The translations under genes and the position numbers were made by a program. A stretch of DNA of 64,000 nt, taken from Neoconidiobolus thromboides FSU 785 (Eukaryota > Fungi > Entomophthoromycota). The DNA lies in contig MU626259.1 of NCBI GenBank assembly GCA_025603075.1, forward strand, positions 1 through 64,000. The letters run 5' to 3'. Positions 1-11,638 of the stretch are shown in pieces (the first letter of the stretch is position 1; every line of letters starts with the position of its first letter). The notes under the pieces were generated by a model. The model had not been told where the DNA came from. It ran no database searches and worked only from the letters and a program-made list of their open reading frames with translations.

Positions 1-344
1 TCCCTGATATCTCGAACATTTAATAAAGCCACTAAGTTTTCTTAATATTATTTTACATAGATTTTACATTAGTATTGTCTATTCTATTTGTCTTATATAG
101 CTTGTAACCTATTACGTGCTATTCCTCATAATCCAAGTCTATCTTAGTCACATAAACTAAGACCTTTCGACTTATAGTGTAGTCAACCCAGCAATAGCTG
201 TTCTTGACTCCAAACCCTGAGTACCAGATTTCACAAAGCTATTTTTATTGTTATTAATAACCCCCCTATGATATTTGTATCATGTGTTTGATAAATACCG
301 TACTTTACGCGAAATTTCAACTCAAAAGGTTCAAAACCGACGAT

Positions 345-450
345 ATATGGGAGATGTTTTTTAGTTTTGTTACTTTTTCCATTTTTTAAGTGCTGTTTGA
401 ATGGAAATATTGTTAGTGAAATTCTTAAACACAAAAATATATCCCCATGT
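345..450 (-). mobile_element. MITE family 1, copy 1 (orientation B)
   Basis: ATAT-GGGAGATG...ATATCCCC-ATGT; interior alignable by eye to the other 11 copies. Confidence 0.8.
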
Positions 451-787
451 CTAAAAAAATGATTAACAAAATATTTTATAAATTTTATCTGATTGCTCAA
501 AGATGAACATTTTGAAATAACTAAGTAAGGATTGACCTTGAACACGCCGGATTGGACCAGGGTCAATTGCCAACGTATAGTCTGTACCCTATATGGGTTG
601 GTATTGATGCTGAATAGTGAAACCAAATGAGACACAAAATTATTCCCTAATTTTAAAGTTAAAAAGCCAATTTTTAGTAATACAGTACCCAAAGTGATAA
701 GATCACACTCAAATACTTATAAAAAAGGAGACAGTATTGATTTCTATGGAAACTGGTTTGTATATGCACTATTGATTTAGAAGCAGC

Positions 788-893
788 ATATGGGGATGTT
801 TTTTTTGGTTTCATTACTCTTCCATTTTTTAAGCGCTATTTGAGCGGAAAAAGTGTTAGTAAAACTCTCAAATAATAAAATACATCCCCATAT
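788..893 (-). mobile_element. MITE family 1, copy 2 (orientation B)
   Basis: ATAT-GGGGATGT...ACATCCCC-ATAT; core AAGCGCTATTTGAG. Confidence 0.88.
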
Positions 894-1895
894 TTAACTC
901 ATAATGGTCATGAGTCAGAAGTATCATTTCTATATTGTCTAGATGTTTCTTAAATACAGGGTACTATTACTTATATTGGTCTATACACTAAGTATGAGCC
1001 TAATAAATAAGGAGAAATCATTTTTGTTTCTCTACTATCCAAAGTAAAAACACATTTAATACTATAATTAATAGACTGATGCTGCAAATTCTTAAGATTA
1101 CGAGTAATTGAATCAGCTCAAAATAATGATAGGATAGACTATTTATTAAAGGATTTAAATCTTAATACTATTTATATTTACAAAAAAGTAACAATCTAAT
1201 TTAATTCTTAAAAAAACTCTTCCTATTTGATATTGACATATACTTTGGAAGGTGGGACATAAAACACTTGATAGTGTGCTGCAAATCCTCAATGATAAAT
1301 GACGTATAGCAGCCTGTAATATGATCCCATAGTAGGATAAAGACAACAATAGCTACAACATTCATCCTATACTAAAAATTCTTAGCAAAAAAATCCATAT
1401 TTGAATGTTTTGTTGTCTTTGGCTAACTTGGTCTTTTTCCAAAAGCATTTGAAACCTTTAGAAAGCCCCTGGGAGAAAAATAAAATGAACTATAATGACC
1501 GTATTACGGGAGATAGTGAGAGCCTTTCCACTATTTTATTAAAAGATTGTTTAAACCCAAAATATTTTTTATACTTATAACATTTAACACTAACTCATAC
1601 TTTTATTATTATTTCTAATCTGATTGAAATTTTTGTACATATTAAGCCTTAATCTTCAAAAATAAAATACTGTAATGTGATCTATAGTTTTTCGTGGTAA
1701 ATTTAATTAAATGCAAATACAGCGAATATATGATTACATATGGATTAGTTTAAAAGCTTGATTTAATTTATATCCAGTATTTTTGTATTTTTTCAAAATT
1801 TATGCTATATAGAAAATAGGTAAAAGGTGAAATAGAAATTAACCTTAATTTTAGTTAAACTTTTACCTATATTATATTTAGGTATTTAACTATAA

Positions 1896-2068
1896 GGTAA
1901 TTTATAAAATCTAACTTTTTGGGCAAGTCCATTCTGGCAAGGATATAAGAATTGCCCGAATTTAACTTTTTCACTATATTAACTTTAGGTGTAAAGATAT
2001 TTGTTATTGTAACAATTGACTTTCTAATTAATTCTAGCCCAAAAAGTCAGATTACTTTATAAATTACC
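1896..2068. repeat. Fold-back / MITE-like element with ~30-bp imperfect inverted repeats
   Basis: GGTAATTTATAAAATCTAACTTTTTGGGC (1896-1924) vs GCCCAAAAAGTCAGATTACTTTATAAATTACC (2037-2068): one mismatch plus a 3-nt indel. Confidence 0.55.
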
Positions 2069-3244
2069 ATATACTTTTTAATCTTAGGGTATAAATAACA
2101 TAATCTAAATTTACATTAAAAGTGTACCTAATTCATTATTAATTTGCAAAAACCCCAACGAATTAATATTGGAAAATAAAGCTTTATGGTAGTTGTCCTC
2201 TAAAGTGAGTATCAAAGGATAAATCATCTTTCTATCTATGTTAATATTTAATTCTCTTTAAATCAAGCTTTTTATTTTTTATTATAGTTTTATTAAAAAT
2301 TATCATAAATCCGTTTTTATTATTATAGGCCATTTTCAAATTTAAATTGCAATATTTATAACTTTTAATATTATAACAGCTAATACTTTTAAATATATAA
2401 AATACATTATAATGATTAATACATAGTTAATATATATTATGACGAAAAATAAAATATGATAAGAATTATAAAAACGATACGGTAAATAGAAATAAAGAAT
2501 ATGTTACATATAATGGATCAAGCTTATATCAAAATAAGCCATATAATTTATTGTCTTTAACCTCTGAGTTGAAAATAGATTATAGATAAATTTCAATATA
2601 GAATTAGTAGGCTTCAGAGCATATAGAAGCCCAATTTGGAATAATACTTTCGAAAAATAAAATCTAGTCCGCTTGTTTACATTTGATAATAATTGTATAA
2701 TTAAGGTTTAAAGCACGCATTGAGCTGTAAAGTAATAAATGATTACAAAACAATTTAACAATAATAATAGTAATTAAAAAAATTATTTTTAGACCATATG
2801 AAGTAAGAAGGACCAGCTGGTATCAATGTATATTAATAGCATTAGAAATCCAATTTAATTAAAAATTCAATTTTTGATATTATTTGAAACCAATTAGTTC
2901 TATTTAAAGAAAATAATTTTCTATATTTGATATTTTAAATTTAAAAAAGAGGAGATAATAGAATATCAAAAGAAAGAGTGGATTTTTATTAAGAAGATAA
3001 TAAGAATAGTCAAACTGTAACTATAATAAAAAAGTGGCTAAAAAGTGTATTAAAGTTTCAAATGATCCAAATTAATTAATAAAACGCTATGATCCTGGTC
3101 GGGTATTATAAAGTAACTAGAGGTTCAAAAATAAAAATTGAAATATAAAAGACTCAAGTTTACTCAAAACTTCAATAATAAAAATAAACTCGTATAATTT
3201 CTAGCTTTTACTTGAAGTAAAACAACTTAATTTAGTACATTAAC

Positions 3245-4678
3245 ATGAAGTTCTCTAAGGATAATATCGTTATGACCTTGATGGTCAGTGTTTTAACCAG
3301 TGGCTATCTTTCTGCAGAAATGGATCAAACGATGGGCAAGTCTGACCAAGCTCCAGCAGGTGCACAAGCCGTACCAATCAACTTTCTACGCGATGCTCAA
3401 GGGATAAACGTTGGCTCAGTCGACGCACCTCTCCCTACTGCTGCCCAGCCCAAAAAATATTACTATTATCCCACTAGAGTTCCACATACTAAAACTAAAA
3501 CCCAGACTAGTGGTACTGGTACCGCTACTGGTACTCCAACCATTATCACCGATAGTACTAAACCTGCTTCTTCGACTTCGATTACAGCTACTACCACTAC
3601 TGGAACTAACTCAAGTTCAGTAGATGGCCCCTCAACTACCAAAACTTCAACCACCCCAGCCGGAGCCTCTAGTACTGTGACTTCTCCAGCCACTACCAGT
3701 GGATCAAGCACAAGCTCCCATACTCCTACTGGTGCATCAAGCACTCCAGGACTTTCAACTAGTACTGGAGTTTCTAGTGGATCAAGCACAATTTCCCATA
3801 CTCCTACTGGTGCATCAAGNNNNNNNNNNNNNNNNNNNNNNNNNNNNNNNNNNNNNNNNNNNNNNNNNNNNNNNNNNNNNNNNNNNNNNNNNNNNNNNNN
3901 NNNNNNNNNNNNNNNNNNNCCTACTGGTGCATCAAGCACTCCAGGACTTTCAACTAGTACTGGAGTTTCTAGTGGATCAAGCACAATTTCCCATACTCCT
4001 ACTGGTGCATCAAGTACTCCAGGACTTTCAACTAGTACTGGAAGTTCTAGTTCAGTAACCTCTCCAGCTACTACTAGTGGGTCAAGCACAATTTCTCATA
4101 CTCCTACTGGTGCATCAAGCACCCCAGGACTTTCAACTAGTACTGGAATTTCTAGTGGATCTAGCACGGGAATTTCTAGTGGGTCAAGCACAATTTCCCA
4201 TACTCCTACTGGTGCATCAAGCACTCCAGGACTTTCAACTAGTACTGGAATTTCTAGTGGATCTAGCACAATCTCCTATACTCCTACCGGGGCATCAAGT
4301 ACTCCAGGGCTTTCAACCTCTTCTAGCCATATCGGAACCTCATCCGTTGATAACCCAAGCTCCCCAAGTAGCACTTCAACCGTTTCTGGCACTTCTTCAA
4401 CTAGCCCCATCATAACTTTACCAGTAGTTACTGAGTCTTCAACTACTACTAAACCTGCGATTTCTACTTCTACTTCTACTAAACAGACTACTAGTAAACA
4501 TTATTATAATGAAACTAAACCTAGCGAAAGTGCTACTGCATCCAAAACTGAAGAGGTAAAACCAACCGCTACTGCTGAACCACCAAAGGAAGGTGGTAAA
4601 CAACAAATAACTGAAGAAGAATTTATGGCATGGATTCGTGCCTGGTACTTAAAATATATGTCTGGAAAGAAGAATTAG
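3245..4678 (+). CDS. Secreted Ser/Thr-rich mucin-like protein with internal tandem repeats (spans an assembly gap)
   Basis: N-terminal hydrophobic signal-like segment; very high S/T/P/G content; repeated TISHTPTGASSTPGLSTSTG(V/I)SSGSS; short Trp-rich C-terminal helix. Confidence 0.85.
   Translation: MKFSKDNIVMTLMVSVLTSGYLSAEMDQTMGKSDQAPAGAQAVPINFLRDAQGINVGSVDAPLPTAAQPKKYYYYPTRVPHTKTKTQTSGTGTATGTPTIITDSTKPASSTSITATTTTGTNSSSVDGPSTTKTSTTPAGASSTVTSPATTSGSSTSSHTPTGASSTPGLSTSTGVSSGSSTISHTPTGASXXXXXXXXXXXXXXXXXXXXXXXXXXXXXXXXXXPTGASSTPGLSTSTGVSSGSSTISHTPTGASSTPGLSTSTGSSSSVTSPATTSGSSTISHTPTGASSTPGLSTSTGISSGSSTGISSGSSTISHTPTGASSTPGLSTSTGISSGSSTISYTPTGASSTPGLSTSSSHIGTSSVDNPSSPSSTSTVSGTSSTSPIITLPVVTESSTTTKPAISTSTSTKQTTSKHYYNETKPSESATASKTEEVKPTATAEPPKEGGKQQITEEEFMAWIRAWYLKYMSGKKN
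3700..4325 (+). repeat. Coding tandem repeat, 78-bp (26-aa) unit; 100-N gap at 3820-3919
   Basis: Near-identical units CATACTCCTACTGGTGCATCAAGCACTCCAGGACTTTCAACTAGTACTGGA on both sides of the gap. Confidence 0.9.
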
Positions 4679-4775
4679 AGATCAGGGTTATTTTATTTCA
4701 TTAATATTTTATTTTCATTAAAGCACAATTTTTATAAGTTTACTCTTTGTTTTTTATTTTTTACGTTTTTTTATT

Positions 4776-5279
4776 ATGGATAAATTAAAAGAATTGGATA
4801 TTCAAATAAAAAGGTTGGAAAGTGAGATAAAATCATGCTTAAAGGACGATTTATTAAAACAATTTGAACCTGATAGCGCTTTAGAGGTACAACAAATACT
4901 ATTGTATTATCAAAAGAATGGGTATAGAATTAAACTAAGGAGAGAAAGTTTCAAAGACCTAAGTAATTTATTTCAGTTGAATGGAACATTAGATTAAACT
5001 CCGTTTAGTTTTTTATATAGGAGAAAAAAGTAAAATCAAAGATTTAAAAAATATCATTGTACTAAAATTGAATAACAAGATTAGGCATAGGGGAATCAAC
5101 TGGTAAACTAAGTCTTGTTTAAAATAAATTGGCTAATTAGTTTTAGGAAGTATTTTTGGAAAAAGAATGACTTAGCTTTTGTACATCAAAAATCAATGAT
5201 AATATTAGATGATGAAAAGAGAATGGAAGACTATCCAATTGAGAATGATATATACGTTATGTTTGTAAAGAAATATTGA
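4776..5279 (+). CDS. SNRNP25: U11/U12 snRNP 25-kDa protein-like (ubiquitin-like fold), 3 exons, 137 aa
   Basis: Exons 4776-4962, 5009-5102, 5147-5279 with GT-AG introns of 46 and 44 nt give ...KSKIKDLKNII...RGINWKYFWKKNDLAF...LDDEKRMEDYPIEN..VMFVKKY. This matches the SNRNP25 pattern (ATVLDLKKAI; HISWSYVWRTYHL; EDRKKLRDYGIRN; VSFIKK) recalled from the human protein. Confidence 0.72.
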
Positions 5280-5324
5280 AGAAATAAACTACTATCTTTT
5301 TTGTTATTTTGACTTTTTTATTAT

Positions 5325-6538
5325 TTAAACATTCATTCCATCTTTAGAGTAATTGATATCTTCCAAGAAATGTAATCCTTCACTAATAATAGCCAATTGC
5401 TTCTTTTTATCAGCATTCACTAACTCAGCTTCAATATCACTTGATGGAATAGTATTATAAGATAAGGCTCTGATAGCAAAAGTCTTTCTAGCTACTAAAT
5501 CGTATTCAGGAGCTTCTTGTAATTGAACCTTATTAGGCCAGGTGCCTGGTGAAGATACAACCATACCGCCAGACTCTTCAACAATAACTAAAGCTGCAGC
5601 GAAGTCCCAAACATGAGGCCCAACTTCCCAATAAATGTCAGCATGCCCTTTGGCTAATTGGCACATATCTAAAGCTGCTGTACCTAAACTTCTCATTCCT
5701 CTACAGTGACCACCACCGTCTTTATCACTAAGTGAAATACGATACATACTCTTAGTTTTGGATTCAATAATGGTTTTATCACGTTGTCCACCAAATTCAT
5801 TCATCATTAAACATTGTTTAATACTATCGATTTTTTGAACGGTTGGATTACGTAAAGGTAATTTTTGAGTTTGATTTAAATAGGCTCCTTTTCCTCTACA
5901 TGCGGTATATAGCTATAAATACATCCTTATCAGTATATATTTACTGTTACCACCTAAATAAATAATTACCTCATTCATGATTGGATTATAAACTATACCA
6001 ATTAAACTTTTTTTATTCAATACAAATGCAATTGAAATGCATACAAATGGAAAACTAAAATGATTAATTCAGCTATTACATACTATTACTGTCATTTACC
6101 CATGAACGAAATTAGTTGTGCCATCTTTTTATATTTAATTTATAAATAAGTCATAATTTTAATATTTGTAATAAGCTACCTATAGGATCTATTACCCAAG
6201 TGGGCTCGTTAGTAAGACTCCAATTTTCACCTGCAGAATCACTTTCTTCACCAACAAACCTTTTAATATAAATGTTTAAATAAAAAAATAAATAAAAGAT
6301 AGTGATGATAGTACTTATGGTCTGGATAACGTTTGCCCAACTCTTCTTTAATAAGATTTTCAATTAACTTATCAAAAAAAGTGACCATATCACAATCGTC
6401 TTCTTTAAACTCAATAGGTAACTCTTCACCATAGAAACCATGCTTCAACTTTTCTCCTCCTTTTTTACTCAACTCAATGCCAAATTCGTAAATTTCTTCT
6501 ATTTCTCTTTCACTTAAGTGGTATTGTTGTTCACTCAT
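5325..6538 (-). CDS. Inositol monophosphatase (multi-exon)
   Basis: Motifs GEE, WVIDPI(D), RSLGTAALDMCQLAKGHADIYWE, WDFAAALVIVEESGG; spliced from ORFs 6263-6538, 6151-6363 and 5325-5807. Confidence 0.93.
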
Positions 6539-7033
6539 CTTTATTTATTAAAAGTATTTTTGAGTTTTCGAAATTATTTTTCTATTGTTTCATTATTTCA
6601 CGTTGTACATTCTCTCTCTTTGATTGGGCATACTTCTAAACGATTGGTTTTAAGCCCTCTATATGTATCTTTAAGGTCTAGCAATCCTTTCATTTCCTTT
6701 GAATAGTACGTGGCGTTGTATTATTTTTAAAATAGTGTCTTTTTGCACCATACATTGTATCTGAACCATAAATGTTGTTTCTTAAAATACAATCCTTTCT
6801 GGAAAGAGTTTATTTGTTTAAATACGTTACGTTAGTTAAAAAGGGATTAGGCTATTTAAAAGAACTTCATAATCTTTAATATAAAGATAGAGTCAAAATT
6901 AAACACATTTTTTGAACAATTTTAAAATAAACATTTAAACTTGAAAAATTATTTATTTGAAGTGATATTTCACATAATAATAGTTTGTTTCAGATTAATT
7001 AAGACTTATTCTTTTTACTAGGCGACTTGGCTG

Positions 7034-9163
7034 TTAAATCATCAGTTTTTTTTTATGGCTGCCTCTGGGGCTATTATCTAAAGTGCTATTGAGAGCTTCT
7101 CCCTCTTTTATAACACGTCTATCATCCTCAGTAAATACGTGATGCTCATATTCATTACAATAGTTAATAGCTTCCTGGCAAGTGGGTTGATACAAAATAT
7201 GCTTTTTACAGTGTTCATACAACTTTTTACTTAATCCGCCATCTAGATGATACCTTCTATTTTCATCAATTTTATTAATTAATTCAATTAGTTTAATTCT
7301 TAACTCCGACTTATATTTAACACATTCTTCATAAGCTTCAACCGCCGGTTCATACTGCCCTGATTTTTCACAATTTTCTGCTATTAATTCAAGTATTTTA
7401 TATTCGTTAGGCCTAATTTTCAATAAATAATTCAACAGTAATATTATTACTTACTTAATTTTTAATACTTTTCTATAAGCATCTACTGCTAATCGATAAT
7501 GTCCTTTCATGCTATAGGTCGTTCCTATTCCAATCCATACCCTTAAATCATATGACTTGAGTTCTAGTATAATGATAAGTACTCATTGTATCGTCACTCA
7601 AATGGTATAATCTTACTCTGTATAAAATCATATGCCTTAATAGCATCTTCACACATAGTAGCTAACATAAATTCAGAGGCTAATAAAAGCCAAGAATATT
7701 CGTTTAAATAATTTAATTTAATCGAGTTTGAAAAAAACTTAATTGCTTGTACTCTATATTCTAATAAAGAATAATACAGTCCAAAAACATTGTGTGTTAT
7801 ATGATCGTATTTGTCGATTTCATAGCATTTTAACGCAAATGCTTTTAGTTTACCTTCCAGTTTTAGTTTATATAATATACTCGCATATGTGTCTCCATAC
7901 ACAATGCATTGTGGGTTGTTCTTGTATATCTTTGCAAATTTATTTTCTGCAATCAAGTAATCTAAAAATAATATCAACTATCCAATTTGTTAAATACATG
8001 CAATAAAATATTACGTTGCATATCATAATAATATAAGGCTTCCAAAAATTGAATGAATGAAGAATCTTTAAAAATTTCTAATATGTACTTAAATGATTCT
8101 AAAAACAATTCATGATCAAACTTGAGTTTACCAGCAACACTTGCTGTGAACAAAGCTTTCATTACTTCACTATCTATTGTCTCTAGAAACTTTGATGCCT
8201 AAATATTGGGTTGTTATGTTACTATTATGATGATTGTCGATTAATGATTACTTCTTCTTTATCATTGAGCACTAACTTCAGAAGATTCCAAGCCTCCCAA
8301 TTATAAGGAGATAGATATAGGCTTTCTTTCAATACATATTTAGCTGTTTCAGCCTGATCTTCATATAAACTGCATAATCCCAAGATATATAAATTATAAC
8401 TGTCTTTTACAACTATTTCTTCATTCCTTTTATACAAATCGTATAACTCCAAAAATACTTCATGATAAACAGTAATTTCCTCTACTTCAAAATCAGTCGC
8501 TTTATCAGTGACTAAAAAAAATTTAATATTGACCAACACTATATTTATACTTATTACACTTATTCTTTTCAAGATCAATTGGAGCATTCTCAAATAACTA
8601 ATAAAAGAGACTGTTAAATAGACGAAGCAAAAAAACAAAAGTATAACTACCTTGATCCTACTGGCACAACTCCAAAATAAAATTAGTGGTGAAGATGACA
8701 GATATGGATCAATCATCTCGAGTAGTTCTTTGTAAAATTCTCCAGAAAATAACTTTTTAAATTTCTCTAGTTCCTTTTTTTTTAAAACGACTTTCTTGTT
8801 TGTATATTTGTTTTTATATCGTTGTTCATTGGTGTTTAATCCTTTATAAAATTTAACCCCTGTTTCTTTGTCTTCTAGTCCGTTTTTTCTTTTGTTACTA
8901 CACTCTGACTCTACTAGTTCTTCTTCAATCCAACTTTCACTTCCACTTTCTGAGCTTTCAGTATCCTCGCTCTCTTCTTCATCTTCACTACTTTCACTTA
9001 TTTTTGGATTTTTATAAAGCAAATGTTTAATATCCGTAAGGCTAAATAAAAATAAATATATGGTCGAAAAATACACACTAATTAGTTACATTGAAATTGA
9101 TTCATGTAGTCCACGTAGTTTATATTCTTTTATAGCATTTAAAATATTGCTTAAAAGCTCCAT
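7034..9163 (-). CDS. CDC23: Divergent APC8/CDC23-like TPR protein (multi-exon)
   Basis: N-terminal KLRGLHES; YNLYILG..SLYLSPYNWEAW; GDTYASILY; EIDKY..VFGLYYSL; YDLRVWIGIGTTY follow the CDC23 TPR order. Confidence 0.7.
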
Positions 9164-9912
9164 TTCCCAGTTGTATTTGTTGGGCTATTTTGCACTTAAG
9201 TCCTAATAGACTTGAAGAAGAAAATAAGAAATTGTAAAGTGTTTTTAATTCCATTAAAAATTAGTTAAAAAGGAAAAGTTATCTGAATTTTTTAGCAAAT
9301 CAAATTAGATATGACATCCCTAAATATTTTGATTTATATCCAAAAATTTGCTAACTGTCATGGCCTCAACTACCATACTATAAACAGCTATGCTTTGATG
9401 TTTTTCAATATTATAGCTATATTTCTCATGAAAAAATAATTAGTATGGAAAGTTATGTTAAGTGCTATAAGTACTTGAAAAATAAAAATAGTACGATATG
9501 GGTATAGACAGCTAAAAATAATTAAAACGGGACGAAAACTCTATACTCATGACCTTTCTTATAGGATAAATACTATTATACTAAATGAAGCCTGAGATAT
9601 GTCAAACCGGTAATTATATTATTTTGCTGAAATTTGATAAAGTTAACGGTGTGATCTTTTCGATATATATACTTTTACCTAGAATTTCAACTCTATCAGG
9701 CTCCACAAAAACTTCATCATTCGATTTATAGGCTAATAATTTAACTCTCATAAATTTATAAGTATCTTTTATACATATATAATATAAGGGTAGCTTTAAA
9801 GTCATATTTCCTTGTGTAATATTAACTTTTCTAATATTTATTAAATCAAAGTTCTATAAGACCTTTGTATATATGATATTTATTTAATAGTTATCCAAAA
9901 AATTAATACTTC

Positions 9913-10019
9913 AAATGGGGATGTATTTTTGTGTCTAACAATTTTACTAACGATTTTTCCACTTAAATAGCGCTTGGAAGGTGGAAAAAGTAATCAAGCC
10001 AAAAAAAACATCCCCAAAT
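9913..10019 (+). mobile_element. MITE family 1, copy 3 (orientation A), AAAT direct-repeat flanks
   Basis: AAAT-GGGGATGT...ACATCCCC-AAAT. Confidence 0.88.
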
Positions 10020-10616
10020 AATACTATGCTAATTCTATTAATGTATAAGTATCACATCAATTTTATATCCCAAACATTTTGCTTGACTTTCCGTATAAAT
10101 TGATATCTATAAACTTTATACTTTTTACCAAGTTATCTATTTATTAGTATAATCATACAGATACTAAATCTTAAAATGACAATATTTAGGATTAAAAGTA
10201 TTTCCATACCCAGCCATTTTCTGTCTTAGCTAATAAACTATTATAATACCGCTTGGTAGTGATTAAGTAAAGGCATATTTACTTTAATATTGATTTAAAA
10301 AACTGTTGTAAAATGTTACTACAAGATGTCTAAGGTTTTTATGGGCATTTTCAAGGCAGTATAATTTTAAAAGAAAAAGGATAAGGTATAAATATCAATA
10401 TTTATAGTTTAAAATAGCTTTTTTTTACTAGTTTTGATTTTCTATCAACAACATCAAAGGTAAATTCGTTAATGCTGAAACAAAACGGCCTTTTTTAGGC
10501 CTTTTCAAACTTTCAAAAGTTAAACTTTGTACTTATATTAAAGGACCTATATTTAATCATTTTAATATATATACCAAAATAAAAGTTACTATCTTGTAGC
10601 TTATCATTTAAACATT

Positions 10617-10722
10617 ACACGAGGATTTTTTTTTGGTTTCATTACTTTTCCCATCTTTTAAGCATTATTTGAGTGTAAAAATTGCTAGTAAAACTCTTAA
10701 ATATAAAAATACACCTCCATAT
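10617..10722 (-). mobile_element. MITE family 1, copy 4 (orientation B, decayed left end)
   Basis: GAGGATTTTTTTTTGGTTTCATTAC...ACACCTCC-ATAT. Confidence 0.78.
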
Positions 10723-10894
10723 GTATGTCTATCTTTTAAAAAAAATGTTATGAAAATTATTTTTTATTTGACTTAGTGTTTACAGTAGTTAAAACTTATC
10801 ATTTTTTAAAAGATTTACACTAAACAGCTTTGCAAGAAAACTACTTTTTTATGTAAGAAAAGGAAAACAAAATGAATGGAAATTATATATAAGT

Positions 10895-10999
10895 ATATGG
10901 GGATGTATTTTTGTGTTTAAGAATTTTGCTAACAAAATCTCCACTTAAATAGCGCTTGAAAAATGGAAAAAATAATGAAACCAAAAAACACTCCCATAT
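10895..10999 (+). mobile_element. MITE family 1, copy 5 (orientation A)
   Basis: ATAT-GGGGATGT...ACACTCCC-ATAT. Confidence 0.88.
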
Positions 11000-11203
11000 T
11001 AATTTACTATCTTGCTTTTGATATTTTTGCATCTTAAATAGCACTAACAAATCTTTCTAAACTAAAGAATTCCCCATAAGTCCAAGGTAAGCCTTAAATA
11101 AGCTCAGATCCTCTTTTCATCCAAGTTTGGAAGACACGTTTTCACTTTTTTATTTTCTATGTAGTGATTGCACCAATCTAATAAAAAGCTAATATAACTG
11201 TAT

Positions 11204-11308
11204 ATATGGGAGTATTTTTTCGGCTTCATTATTTTTTCCATCTTTTAAGCGCTATTTGGGTGGAAAATTTGTTAGTAAAACTCTTAAACAAAAAATATAT
11301 CCCTACGT
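11204..11308 (-). mobile_element. MITE family 1, copy 6 (orientation B)
   Basis: ATAT-GGGAGTA...ATATCCCT-ACGT; core AAGCGCTATTTGG. Confidence 0.82.
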
Positions 11309-11473
11309 ATTTAAATACTTGTTTAGCATAATTTACAAACATTGAACTCACAAGGCTCATCAAGCTATCGAAATTATCAACCTTCCAACTTTGAAATGAA
11401 GCATGCTTCTGGAAAGGCGTAACTTTAAATCTTTAATGTTTAACTACATATCATATAACAATTAGTATTTAAT

Positions 11474-11578
11474 ATATGGAGATGTATTTTTTTGTTTAAG
11501 AATTTTACCAACGATCTTTCTACTTGAATAGCGCTTAAAAATGGAAAAATAATGAAACCAAAAAATACATCCCCATAT
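11474..11578 (+). mobile_element. MITE family 1, copy 7 (orientation A)
   Basis: ATAT-GGAGATGT...ACATCCCC-ATAT. Confidence 0.88.
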
Positions 11579-11638
11579 ATTAAATAAATTTTAGAAATTG
11601 AAATCAAAAGAATTTTATTATAAAATTAGTCCATTAAA

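Noticed and set aside
231-692. 153-aa minus-strand ORF, and a nearby-frame TDYTLAIDPG resembling a RuvC-I/TnpB/Fanzor motif (about 556-588)
   Set aside because: The ORF runs through a MITE. The DPG stretch is bounded by stops and no other RuvC or Zn-finger motifs follow, so it is unsupported.
3411-4415. Alternative-frame and antisense ORFs over the mucin repeat
   Set aside because: Shadows of a repetitive Ser/Thr CDS.
6590-6810. GC-richer stretch with short open frames between the IMPase and CDC23-like genes
   Set aside because: No consistent frame or motif; most likely promoter or UTR sequence.
9614-9805. 63-aa minus-strand ORF
   Set aside because: No recognisable motif or convincing splice partners.
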